DNA from: Marine group II euryarchaeote REDSEA-S11_B3N4
GTDB taxonomy: Archaea; Thermoplasmatota; Poseidoniia; Poseidoniales; Thalassarchaeaceae
NCBI GenBank assembly: GCA_001628485.1
Contig: LURR01000012.1
Span: 146,563 to 210,562 of the forward strand
Length of the DNA: 64,000 nt
Direction of reading: 5' to 3'
Part shown: piece after piece, positions 17,155-26,367 of the stretch
Position numbering within the stretch: position 1 is the first letter of the stretch
Layout of the letters: every line of letters begins with the position of its first letter
Notes under the pieces: generated by a model
Seen by the model: only the letters and a program-made list of their open reading frames with translations
What the model was told of the DNA's origin: nothing
The model's database searches: none
Position numbers and translations under genes: made by a program

Positions 17155-19944
17155 TCATTTTTGACCCTCCGCATGCCTTCTTTCTGTATGCTTCCAAGCA
17201 CTACCTGCGAGTCTAGGAGACTTCAGATATTCCTCCTCAGGAGTTACTCTCACTGACCACCTAGGGTCAACTTCGTCCGGAGGAATTGTGGGGTCCAGAC
17301 CGAATAATGCACCATTGTGATAATCCGACCTACCCTCATCCAGTCTCCTATCCTTGTCCCTTATCCGATGTTCCTTAGCTCTGTTTTCTAGAACTCCTTG
17401 GAGAGATGAGTGTTGAAGGGATGGGCTAGGGAGATTATTCGGATCCGATACCTCTTCCTCTCTGCAACGCTTCTCGATCATTTTGTGCACCTTCTCTGGA
17501 GACATCGGTAACTCAGAGGTCCTGATCCCTATTGCATCGTAGACGGCGTTGCAAACAGAAGGCAGAATCGGAAGAAGAGGGCCTTCTCCGGCCTCTTTAG
17601 CTCCAAATGGACCCTCTGGATCGTTCGATTCCACTATTATGGGAATTACTTCCGGCATTTCGTGAATGCTCGGGATCTTGTAATCTAGGAGATCGGGATT
17701 CATCAGATTTCCACTTCTACCATATCTCATCTCTTCCGATAGAACTTGGCCCATGCCCATGTGGCAAGACCCGATTATCTGCCCCTTTACAGCCAATGGG
17801 TTCAGAGCCTTTCCACAGTCGTGAGCTGCCCATACCTTGTCAACTTTGATTTGACCAGTTTCCACATCGACAGAAACTTCTGTCACATAAGCAGAGAAAG
17901 AGTATGCTGGAGCTAGTCCAGCCGCTGCTCCCTTGTGCATTTTCCCCATAGGGGGGGTCCTGTATGCCCCAGAGGCGACTAAAGCTCCCCTGTCTTCTTG
18001 CGATTTGTGAAGAGCTTCGAGGTAGGATACCCCAACCGCTGGGTCCTTTTTTAGGAAGATTCTCCTATCCCCAATAATCAATCCGCTTCTTTCCGCCCCT
18101 GTGATTTCAACCGTAGCATCTAGCAACTCCTCCCTGATTTGCATGGCTGCCGAAATAGCCGCGTTGGCGTTCATGAAGGTCACTCTGGAGGAGTAAGAGC
18201 CCAAGTCCACCGGAGAGGTATCAGAATCTCTCGATTTCACTCTGATCATATCTAGCGGGAGCCCGAGTACCTCTGCCACGGATTGGGCTACGACTGTATC
18301 AGAACCTTGCCCTATGTCTGCGGCTCCTGTGTGGATTGTGACCCCGCCATCCATATCGATCTTCAGATGAACGGTTGCATGTGGGAACTTATTCGGATCC
18401 CAGTGGATGGGTAGGCCACTTCCTGAAATGAAGAAACCACATCCAATGCCGATTCCCTTCCCAAGAGGAAGTTTACGGAATTTTTTATTCCAGCCACTTT
18501 CTTCTCTAACCCTCTCTAGACATTCCCTCATCCCTATGCTTGTTACTCTGAATCCGGTAATTGTGGCCGAGTGCGGAGGGAGTAGATTCGCTAAACGCAA
18601 TGATATCGGGTCTACGCTCAACTTCTCCGCCAAGTCATCCAGGCCTACTTCTACTGCGCATCTAGAATTCACCGCTCCATGGCCCCGCATAGCCCCACTG
18701 GCAGGCTTGTTCGTCCAAACCCTGGCTCCAGTGTAGTGGAAAGCACCAATTTCGTAGGGAGCAGTGTGGAGGACCCCGTTGTAGTAGGTTGTCACGTGTC
18801 CGAAAGAGGCGAATGCCCCCCCATCTATCAGAGCATCAGTCTCGATTCCACATATTCTCCCTTCGTCATCAGCATGTAGGTTCATCTCAATCCGCGAAGG
18901 ATGGCGACCTCTATTTACCCAGTAAACCTCTTCTCTATCGAAAGTTATGCGAACAGGTTTTCCGGACTTTCTTGCGAGAATCGCAGCACACATTTCGTGT
19001 GGGAATGGGTCCGACTTTCCACCGAAACCTCCTCCAACAAAGGTCCTATGCACATTGATTTGATGCATTGGAATCTCCAATACATCAGCTAGCGCCCTGT
19101 GTACGTAGTGTGGAACCTGCTGGGGAGTATACAGCGTAAGCCTTCCAGTTGGGTCCCAGTGTGCCACTACTGCGTGTGGCTCAGTGAATGCGTGGTTAAC
19201 TCCGGCGAAAATCCAATTCTTTTTATGGCTAGCAACAGAGTTTTCTATCATTCCTTCTACGTCTCCGAATTCTTGGAAAACCCTCTTTTGGACGTTTGAC
19301 TCTCCTATGTGGTAGTCCCCTCTGTCATGTATGGGCTCTCCACTGTCTTCGAGCCCTTCCCTCATGTCATGAATCGGATCAATCAACTCATACTCCACTT
19401 GGATCAGCCTCTCCGCCTCCCTAGCCGTAGCCTCGTCAATTGCTGCAACGCATGCAACAAGATCGCCTGCATGCCGAACCTTCTCTACAGCCATCGCGTG
19501 CTCGTCCTTTGTCACAGGTAGAACTCCGAACCTATTCTTCGCATCATCGCCGGTTGCAACTGCAACTACACCGGGCAACTCTAGGGCCTTAGTGCAATCA
19601 ATAGATAGAACTCTGGCATAGTGATGAGGCGAACGAACAATCCGTCCAATCAACTCTCCAGGTAGCCTGACATCGTCTCCGTAATGCGCTTGCCCCGTTA
19701 CCTTCCAAGAACTATCCACAAGCGCAGTAGATTTGCCAACCACTCTACCACTAATGAGTTCGTCGTGCCTATGTGGGCCCCATTCCTGAGCAAGCTTCCC
19801 TCCCTGGGATTCAGGAATCATTTCTTGATCCGTAGACTCTGAGAATTTTCCTTTCCCTCCAGACCCAGGTCTGGAAAAGGGGAGTTTTCCGGGTTGTTGC
19901 CTATACCCCACTATCTCCTTAGGAGCATCCTCTTTTTCAGACAT
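17155..19944 (-). CDS. Xanthine dehydrogenase / CO-dehydrogenase-family molybdopterin-binding large subunit (CoxL/XdhA-like, generic or form-II type), with N- and C-terminal extensions
   Basis: 929 aa. Aldehyde-oxidase/XDH 'hammerhead' and MoCo-binding regions (GGGFGGK, SGAMRGHGAVNS). No form-I CODH VAYRCSFR motif. ~125-aa charged C-terminal tail beyond the usual end. Confidence 0.85.
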   Translation of the reverse strand: MSEKEDAPKEIVGYRQQPGKLPFSRPGSGGKGKFSESTDQEMIPESQGGKLAQEWGPHRHDELISGRVVGKSTALVDSSWKVTGQAHYGDDVRLPGELIGRIVRSPHHYARVLSIDCTKALELPGVVAVATGDDAKNRFGVLPVTKDEHAMAVEKVRHAGDLVACVAAIDEATAREAERLIQVEYELIDPIHDMREGLEDSGEPIHDRGDYHIGESNVQKRVFQEFGDVEGMIENSVASHKKNWIFAGVNHAFTEPHAVVAHWDPTGRLTLYTPQQVPHYVHRALADVLEIPMHQINVHRTFVGGGFGGKSDPFPHEMCAAILARKSGKPVRITFDREEVYWVNRGRHPSRIEMNLHADDEGRICGIETDALIDGGAFASFGHVTTYYNGVLHTAPYEIGAFHYTGARVWTNKPASGAMRGHGAVNSRCAVEVGLDDLAEKLSVDPISLRLANLLPPHSATITGFRVTSIGMRECLERVREESGWNKKFRKLPLGKGIGIGCGFFISGSGLPIHWDPNKFPHATVHLKIDMDGGVTIHTGAADIGQGSDTVVAQSVAEVLGLPLDMIRVKSRDSDTSPVDLGSYSSRVTFMNANAAISAAMQIREELLDATVEITGAERSGLIIGDRRIFLKKDPAVGVSYLEALHKSQEDRGALVASGAYRTPPMGKMHKGAAAGLAPAYSFSAYVTEVSVDVETGQIKVDKVWAAHDCGKALNPLAVKGQIIGSCHMGMGQVLSEEMRYGRSGNLMNPDLLDYKIPSIHEMPEVIPIIVESNDPEGPFGAKEAGEGPLLPILPSVCNAVYDAIGIRTSELPMSPEKVHKMIEKRCREEEVSDPNNLPSPSLQHSSLQGVLENRAKEHRIRDKDRRLDEGRSDYHNGALFGLDPTIPPDEVDPRWSVRVTPEEEYLKSPRLAGSAWKHTERRHAEGQK

Positions 19945-20577
19945 CTAATCTCCCCCGAAACCTGGATGAGGGTCACTCTTTGATAGGGTCGAGTCGCTCA
20001 CTGCTTGGCCCGAGACTAGGATATCCGAAGCGGCTTTGACTGAGTCAACTATCTGCTGGAATCCAGTACAACGACATAGGTTGCCCTCTATTGCTTGCTT
20101 TATCTCCTGGTCGTTAGGTTTGCTGTTTTCAGACAGTAATGCCGAAATTACCACCAAGAAACCGGGCGTGCAGAACCCGCATTGACTGCCACCACACTCC
20201 GCGAATGTCTGCTGTATCGGATGGAGATGATGACCATCAGCTAATCCTTCTACTGTTGTGATATCGGCTTGCTCAGTATCTACAGCTAGAGTAAGACAAG
20301 ACAACCTCGGCTCTCCATTGATTAGTACAGAACAGCATCCACATGTCCCCATATCGCATCCACGTTTGGTCCCGAGGCTCCCGACACGGTCCCTAAGCAC
20401 GTCAAGAAGAATCGCATTGCTCTCAATAATTATGGATACTTCTTCGTCATTTACTTTGGCATTCCACTCAACCCCATCGGAAGGGGGTAGCATAGGTAGC
20501 CGGAACTGCACCACATTACGACCAATCGAACCCATCCTTTGAGCATTCGGTTCCCCGTGATGTCTATTGGAAATCAT
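19945..20577 (-). CDS. Molybdenum hydroxylase 2Fe-2S small subunit (CoxS/XdhC-iron-sulfur family)
   Basis: Two [2Fe-2S] motifs CDMGTCGCCSV and CGFCTPG...CRCTGFQQIV. Stop abuts the large-subunit start. ~50-aa N-terminal extension, so the true start may be internal. Confidence 0.9.
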   Translation of the reverse strand: MISNRHHGEPNAQRMGSIGRNVVQFRLPMLPPSDGVEWNAKVNDEEVSIIIESNAILLDVLRDRVGSLGTKRGCDMGTCGCCSVLINGEPRLSCLTLAVDTEQADITTVEGLADGHHLHPIQQTFAECGGSQCGFCTPGFLVVISALLSENSKPNDQEIKQAIEGNLCRCTGFQQIVDSVKAASDILVSGQAVSDSTLSKSDPHPGFGGD

Positions 20578-21208
20578 TGACGGCTCTTTTTAGAACCTCA
20601 GACTCGGCCCTCTTCAGATGCTCTCCTGTGGTGCTTCTTGCTATTCCAAGCTCATCAGCGAGTTGCTTCAATGTTACCTCTGCTCCATCTTCGTAGTATC
20701 CTCTATTCACAGCCAGTTCTAGCACTTCTCTCTGCTTTTCTGTTAGGAAATCGAGATCCTTAGAAGATCCGTTCTTCACTGTCTGTACACTAATTGTGTC
20801 TGGTGGCATTACTTCTCTGACTAACTCCAAGAAACTTCGTATGGAGCTTGAAATCCCGAAGATTCTGAACTCCAGGCCGCTCTTAGAATCGATTCCGTAG
20901 GGGGGGTAAACATAGATGTTCGACAACTCTAACGCAGAAAGTGCTAGAGGGTGAGTGCAACGAATGCTAACTAACACGCCGCGCTCATCCTCTTCATGCG
21001 TTTCAATAACATCAAAACTCTCCAAATCCGAGATTTCAGATAGACGCCGTCCTCTGTTAATCCCCAATTCTACCAGTTGGGTAACTCCTTCCTTATCGGT
21101 AGAAAGGTGACCAAGAACCTCTATCCTATGACAAATTTCCATCAGTTTGTCGATCTCATCTATCCCGGAAAGAGAGGAAACCTTCCACCTAAGGAGAACC
21201 TTCCTCAT
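20564..21208 (-). CDS. HTH_10 (bacterio-opsin activator-type) transcriptional regulator
   Basis: C-terminal LTEKQREVLELAVNRGYYEDGAEVTLKQLADELGIARSTTGEHLKRAESEVL is a classic HTH_10 DNA-binding domain. Heads the molybdoenzyme operon. Confidence 0.6.
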   Translation of the reverse strand: MRKVLLRWKVSSLSGIDEIDKLMEICHRIEVLGHLSTDKEGVTQLVELGINRGRRLSEISDLESFDVIETHEEDERGVLVSIRCTHPLALSALELSNIYVYPPYGIDSKSGLEFRIFGISSSIRSFLELVREVMPPDTISVQTVKNGSSKDLDFLTEKQREVLELAVNRGYYEDGAEVTLKQLADELGIARSTTGEHLKRAESEVLKRAVNDFQ

Positions 21209-21244
21209 AGTCTTGGAATCTCTTCTTAATATTTAGAGAACACC

Positions 21245-22459
21245 CTAGTTCCAATATGCTTCCCTAATCTCCTGATTGGACTCCATACAGAGTTCCACAT
21301 CGAAGGGCCTCTGGGCCATCGAACTGCTCCCATTCAGGTGCTCAATGATTGGGAGGACATTGCTTTCGTTCACTACTCCCCATCCAACCTGTGTGCATGG
21401 CGCCATAGGCGAAATTGGAGTTGTTCCCGAAAGTGGGTCCCAACTGGAAAATGAGGGATACCATGCTGAGAGGTTCAAAGCATCTCTGATGTCATCGTTG
21501 GTGAGCGTGAAATTCGATCCGTTCACTATTAGCCCCATCCTATCTATGGGGTCTGCACCTGAGGAAAAATCCCCGAATTCCGATCTTAGAGAGACGAGTA
21601 CTTTGGAGAGCAGTCCTGCGGTCCTTGGCGTTGCAAACGAGGTCCCTGAAGTCTGATGATACCCGTCAATATCGTCATGGTTGGGAAGCATTTGAGTCCA
21701 GTCGGCGGCTATATCGGGGTAAGAACCGCTCATGGTCTCTTTCTGATCGTCATCCTCTTCAGCATAACCCGAAACCCCAATGCTCCACGGAGGTCCGGCC
21801 GTTGAGTCTTGAATGGCAGGAGAAGGAGAGTTATCTGCAGCACCAGTGTGAATCTTCTTTTCTTCAACAACTGCGACTTTCGTGGCATCCTCAATTCCAG
21901 GGACCGGCACCGAAAGTATGGGTCCAAAGCTAGTTGTGATCAAATCCACCAGAGGTTGGTTCGCAGCAGCAAGAACAGCTGCATCACTGAAACCCTCGAC
22001 GAAGAAAATCACCGCTTCCGGGTTCGCGTCAATAACCGCACCTGTTACTGCGGTACCATGCCCATCGCTAGGATCGTCGAGGATTGGTATGTCCGTATTG
22101 TCATCGGGAGTAGTGCCAATTATTCTCGAACCCTTGAACCATACAATGTCGCCGGAACCAATCACGTCCCAGCAATCTTCCCTATCCGATTCGTAGCGCT
22201 CTTCCCAAGTTCCGTTTTTGCTAATTTCACAAACCTTGTTTACTCCTAGTTGATCCAGCAGCCACTGCGGGTAAGACTCGTTCATTGAGAAGTGATTATG
22301 ATACACGTTAATCCCGGTATCGATCGGAGCTACGACACTGAAAGCCCCGAAAGAGTCGTCTACTACGGCAACGTCTTCCTTCTCCTCACTCCCTCCCATA
22401 CATCCGACTAAGCTCGCGGAAATGACCAATATGGAAGTCAGAGCCGACAGAACCTTCAT
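21245..22459 (-). CDS. Subtilisin-like (S8) serine peptidase, lipoprotein
   Basis: Lipoprotein-like N-terminus (hydrophobic signal helix then Cys: LVISASLVGCMGGSE). Catalytic-triad motifs in correct order: APIDTGINVYH (Asp), SDGHGTAVTGAV (His), TSGTSFATPRTAG (Ser). Confidence 0.65.
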   Translation of the reverse strand: MKVLSALTSILVISASLVGCMGGSEEKEDVAVVDDSFGAFSVVAPIDTGINVYHNHFSMNESYPQWLLDQLGVNKVCEISKNGTWEERYESDREDCWDVIGSGDIVWFKGSRIIGTTPDDNTDIPILDDPSDGHGTAVTGAVIDANPEAVIFFVEGFSDAAVLAAANQPLVDLITTSFGPILSVPVPGIEDATKVAVVEEKKIHTGAADNSPSPAIQDSTAGPPWSIGVSGYAEEDDDQKETMSGSYPDIAADWTQMLPNHDDIDGYHQTSGTSFATPRTAGLLSKVLVSLRSEFGDFSSGADPIDRMGLIVNGSNFTLTNDDIRDALNLSAWYPSFSSWDPLSGTTPISPMAPCTQVGWGVVNESNVLPIIEHLNGSSSMAQRPFDVELCMESNQEIREAYWN

Positions 22460-22490
22460 GACTCCCCGAATTTAACACCCAATTTGATAC

Positions 22491-23330
22491 TTAGGTAGCC
22501 CCGTTCTTCCTTTCAAGAGATAGAACTTCTGCACAAACTGCAATTGCAATTTCTTCCGGAGTATCTGCCCCTATATCGAGGCCAATAGGGCACCTTACCG
22601 AGTCTATCAGCCACTTCTCCACCCCACTTTCAATAGCCTTCTTCTCGAAAGCTGACCATTTCTTCTTCGATCCGATAGCCCCAATACGAGGCCTACTTCC
22701 TGCTCTGCGTAATTGTAGTAATCCGACCAGCATCTCTTCATCAACCGACCAATCATGACTCAACAGTAGAATGTCTGAAAAACGAGCCAAAGAATCCTCA
22801 CTTTCGCCCTTGAGAAAATCGTCGACAGATGAACAGAAATTCCCCTCAGAGTTTGGATAACGCTTTTGGTTGCAATATTCCTCTCTGATATCGAATACGC
22901 TATACGGCCATTCCAGAGAATCACACACCCTTGAAATCGAGAGACCAACGTGTCCCCCGCCCGCAATCAAGATGTGAGGTCGCGGGGTAATCACTTCCAT
23001 AGCTACTGTCACCCGTCCCCCGCATAGACTGTCGAGGGCAGATGCCTCTTTTCCTTTGCCATCTCTATTTAGAAGGAATTCCTCAACTTCACCTCCTTTT
23101 TTTCTTAGGTCAGACAAATCCCGGAACAGAATTTCTTGAAGCTCCTTCTCCACCGTTAACTCCAATCCTGCTCCACCGATAGTTCCGAACTTTTCACCCG
23201 AGGAGCTGATCGCTAGCCTCGCTCCTGGTTTCCCAGGAACGCTCCCGCTAGCCCTGACCACCGATGCAATGGCGACTCTTTCTCCAGCCTCTACCCTCTT
23301 GATGGCCCAGTTTAGGACTGCGACGGTCAC
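22491..23330 (-). CDS. xdhC: XdhC/CoxI-family molybdenum cofactor insertion chaperone
   Basis: N-terminal XdhC_CoxI region (VAIASVVRASGSVPGKPGARLAI) and C-terminal Rossmann-like domain (HILIAGGGHVG). Adjacent to the Mo-hydroxylase operon. Confidence 0.75.
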   Translation of the reverse strand: MTVAVLNWAIKRVEAGERVAIASVVRASGSVPGKPGARLAISSSGEKFGTIGGAGLELTVEKELQEILFRDLSDLRKKGGEVEEFLLNRDGKGKEASALDSLCGGRVTVAMEVITPRPHILIAGGGHVGLSISRVCDSLEWPYSVFDIREEYCNQKRYPNSEGNFCSSVDDFLKGESEDSLARFSDILLLSHDWSVDEEMLVGLLQLRRAGSRPRIGAIGSKKKWSAFEKKAIESGVEKWLIDSVRCPIGLDIGADTPEEIAIAVCAEVLSLERKNGAT

Positions 23331-23398
23331 AAAGACCCGTCGGGGTGTCGACCTTTGGAGTTGTGTAGATGTTCAGATACGTTCGAGTACCCTCGGGA

Positions 23399-24709
23399 TT
23401 AGAAAGATACGTCCAGAATCATTAGCGCTAGCCCCAAAATTAGGGCAGGAATAGTTGTATGTAGCGTGGCCCAGAGGCTAGCTAGCCTGTGTCTAACTAA
23501 AAGTGGAAAAAGAGCATCTCCGTCTTGGCTAATCGCATTCGCAGCCAAAGCCGGGAATGAGATCAGGTCCTTTGTGTAGGCGGTAATGGCAATAATCTGA
23601 GGTCCGCAACCGGGTATTAATCCAATGAAAGAAGCGACTACAACCGCAATAATCCCATCACCATACTTGGCTAAGTCTGCTTCGTTGGTCCCCGAGAATA
23701 ACATGGTAAACTCGAAAATCAGGTAAGCAGACATGACCCAGAACGTGACAAATGCAGTTTCACTTGCAGAGTGTATTAATGTCTCTCTCATCGAATAGAG
23801 TTTGTCCCCAATAGAAGCTTCTGTATCGTCACGAATCCAGGTTTTCTGAGACAGATACAGGATTATTGACAAAGTTGTACCTATCAAACCTATCCAAGTT
23901 ATGAAACCATGCAACGTAAATGGGTTATATTTTATCGAAAGCTCAAAATCAGGGTCTTGAGAACTCCAAAAAAGTAACAATACTGCGAATACCAATCCAA
24001 TTGAGGTAACTATCCACCACAGGGTGTAACCTTGGTGAAGAAGGAAATAACCCGGGCCGCTTTCCTCCTCTCTTCCAAGATCATCAAAGACTGTTTGCTT
24101 ATCTTCCGAATCCCCTAATTTGGATATTTCCTGATCCTTCGCCGGCTCGGAACTATGTAACAATCCGCCCAAAGGGCTCTGTGGAGTGATACTCATTCCA
24201 TCTATTAGGTAGCCCCATGTAACTCCTGTCACGAAGGAGATGACATGTACCGCAACTGCGGGAGCCACGAAAGAGGAGTCAGTGAGAGCAGCACCAATCA
24301 AGACGAACGCAGCATCCCCGAGGGTTGCGATCAGAGTGGCTATTACGGTTCCATAGCTGACGAAGCCCCTAGTGTACATTGGCATTATTACAATGGCTCC
24401 GCCACAACCAGGAGTGATGCCCATAATGGCACCGATCACAGGCTGCCATCGCCTTTTCGTTCGAATCACGTCTACAAACCTTCCAGCGGTAACGTACTGC
24501 AACCAACTGAACAGCAGAACCATCGAAGCAACAAATACGGTCACGGCTAGAAAGGCATCTCGCATGCTCACAACTACCACTTCGATTACTTCAGCAGAGG
24601 TTGGCATCACACATTCCACTCCAAGTTTGTATAAATCATTTGACATCTTAGCAAGGAGGAATACGATACTCCATTTTCCCGATTTTGAAATACGACTCAT
24701 CAAACTCAA
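23399..24709 (-). CDS. Polytopic membrane permease with internal duplication and two conserved PGCG motifs (possible metal/metalloid transporter)
   Basis: ≥10 TM segments. Repeated motif GITPGCGGAIVIMPMY / GLIPGCGPQIIAITAY in the two halves, with a hydrophilic acidic loop in the middle. Confidence 0.4.
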   Translation of the reverse strand: MSLMSRISKSGKWSIVFLLAKMSNDLYKLGVECVMPTSAEVIEVVVVSMRDAFLAVTVFVASMVLLFSWLQYVTAGRFVDVIRTKRRWQPVIGAIMGITPGCGGAIVIMPMYTRGFVSYGTVIATLIATLGDAAFVLIGAALTDSSFVAPAVAVHVISFVTGVTWGYLIDGMSITPQSPLGGLLHSSEPAKDQEISKLGDSEDKQTVFDDLGREEESGPGYFLLHQGYTLWWIVTSIGLVFAVLLLFWSSQDPDFELSIKYNPFTLHGFITWIGLIGTTLSIILYLSQKTWIRDDTEASIGDKLYSMRETLIHSASETAFVTFWVMSAYLIFEFTMLFSGTNEADLAKYGDGIIAVVVASFIGLIPGCGPQIIAITAYTKDLISFPALAANAISQDGDALFPLLVRHRLASLWATLHTTIPALILGLALMILDVSF

Positions 24710-24749
24710 TCAGTTCAGAATCCAGGATTAGAAATGGGTAATTTCTGGT

Positions 24750-25346
24750 CTATTCATTGACCAATTTCAGTTTCTCTTGAAGATTAATTATATCCTCTGG
24801 GGTATCTATGTTCAGTTCTAGAAATCTGTCTAGAACCTCGAATCTACTTGTCTCGATTACTTCCCTCAATGGTGAATTTGCCGGACTATTTCTTACCTTG
24901 TCGACATCTTCGAAAGTCAGCACTAGGGGGTGACCGCCCCTGCCTTCCTTCATAGGACAGCAGGTCTCTTCTGAACAAATTAGACGATCCAGCGTGGAAT
25001 CTGAGAATCCCGGTCGATCTACTGGAACAACAAGCAATCTGTAATTGTTTAACCCCGAGGAATCAATACTTTCAATCCCCACTTTCAGAGAGCCTGTTCT
25101 CCCTTCATGTGGATTCCGGTTTAGAATTACATTCACATCGCTCACAGTTTTGGAAATTTCCGCAAAATTTGACTCATTTGCAACTATGGTGATATTTGCC
25201 AACCGACTCGATAATCTTCTTGAAATCCAACTGATGAGTGTCTGAGAACCGACATCAACCAATGCCTTATCCATGCCAAGCCTACTGCTTGAACCAGCCG
25301 CGAGAATCACGCACTCCACACTATCGCTCCTAAAACTCATTAGCAT
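24750..25346 (-). CDS. mocA: Molybdenum cofactor nucleotidyltransferase (MocA/MobA-like)
   Basis: N-terminal VILAAGSSSRLGMDKALV nucleotidyltransferase motif, ~200 aa. Adjacent to xdhC. Confidence 0.8.
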   Translation of the reverse strand: MLMSFRSDSVECVILAAGSSSRLGMDKALVDVGSQTLISWISRRLSSRLANITIVANESNFAEISKTVSDVNVILNRNPHEGRTGSLKVGIESIDSSGLNNYRLLVVPVDRPGFSDSTLDRLICSEETCCPMKEGRGGHPLVLTFEDVDKVRNSPANSPLREVIETSRFEVLDRFLELNIDTPEDIINLQEKLKLVNE

Positions 25347-25352
25347 ATCTCG

Positions 25353-26312
25353 CTAAAATAATCCGTCTAGGAAACCACCGAGATATGTCATGTAGAATAG
25401 GTAAGTTATGATCATCATAGTTCCAATATTTTTGGTGAACTCCTTTCCAGATATGAGCATCCATACCACGAATCCCGATGTTGCCATTACCACTAATATG
25501 TCCCTCTGAAACTCTACATCGACAGGAATCCCACTCCCAACAATACTCGCTATCCCAATTATCCCCATGATGTTCATAACATTGGAACCTAGTACGTTTC
25601 CTACGGCAACCCCTCCTTGCCCCCTAATCCCAGCTACTAGTGTAACAGCCAGTTCGGGCAATGAAGTCCCCAGTGCTACCACGGTCAGACCAATAACGGC
25701 CTCCGAGACCCCGAAAGTCTCAGCAATACCAGTTGATCCAATTACAAGTAACTCAGCACCATACCATATCATCCCACCACCAATGACACAGAAGGGGATA
25801 GCAATGGACATTTTGTTTGGTAGCCATGAGTCTTCGAACTCATACTCATCTTCCGCCGATATTGCAACTGTGTAGGTGTAGTAGTAGTAAATTATCAGAC
25901 ATGTCAACATCACGACGCCCCCTAGAAGGGGAACTTCTCCAAAATAAACGAATATTGCCATGAAGAGAGTGGCTACCATTACTGCCATCGCATCCCTGTT
26001 TACCCCTTTTTCTACGTCAGATTTTGCCCCTAAGACAGCTGCAGCACCCAAGACCAACATCACGTTTGCGACGTTAGAACCTAGGACTCCTCCAACTGCA
26101 ATATTTGGTACGCCACTATCAATAGCCTCAATCGCAACAGCCAGTTCGGGTAGTGATGTTCCAATTGCTACGACTGTGAATCCCACTACCAGGGGGGATA
26201 CGCTTAGGATCTGGGATATCCTTGTAGCTCCTTGAACAAGAGCCTCCCCTCCGAACATTAGCAAAGCAAAACCGATTAGGACGAAACCAACGTCAACTAC
26301 GACCTCATCCAT
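25353..26312 (-). CDS. CaCA-family Na+/Ca2+ (cation/Ca2+) exchanger
   Basis: Two alpha-repeat signatures GTSLPELAVAI and GTSLPELAVTL, ~10 TM. Confidence 0.85.
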   Translation of the reverse strand: MDEVVVDVGFVLIGFALLMFGGEALVQGATRISQILSVSPLVVGFTVVAIGTSLPELAVAIEAIDSGVPNIAVGGVLGSNVANVMLVLGAAAVLGAKSDVEKGVNRDAMAVMVATLFMAIFVYFGEVPLLGGVVMLTCLIIYYYYTYTVAISAEDEYEFEDSWLPNKMSIAIPFCVIGGGMIWYGAELLVIGSTGIAETFGVSEAVIGLTVVALGTSLPELAVTLVAGIRGQGGVAVGNVLGSNVMNIMGIIGIASIVGSGIPVDVEFQRDILVVMATSGFVVWMLISGKEFTKNIGTMMIITYLFYMTYLGGFLDGLF

Positions 26313-26367
26313 ATTCTAGTCCTGAGACATTTCACAATTTACTCTTTTCCAGACATTTCGTTGGATT

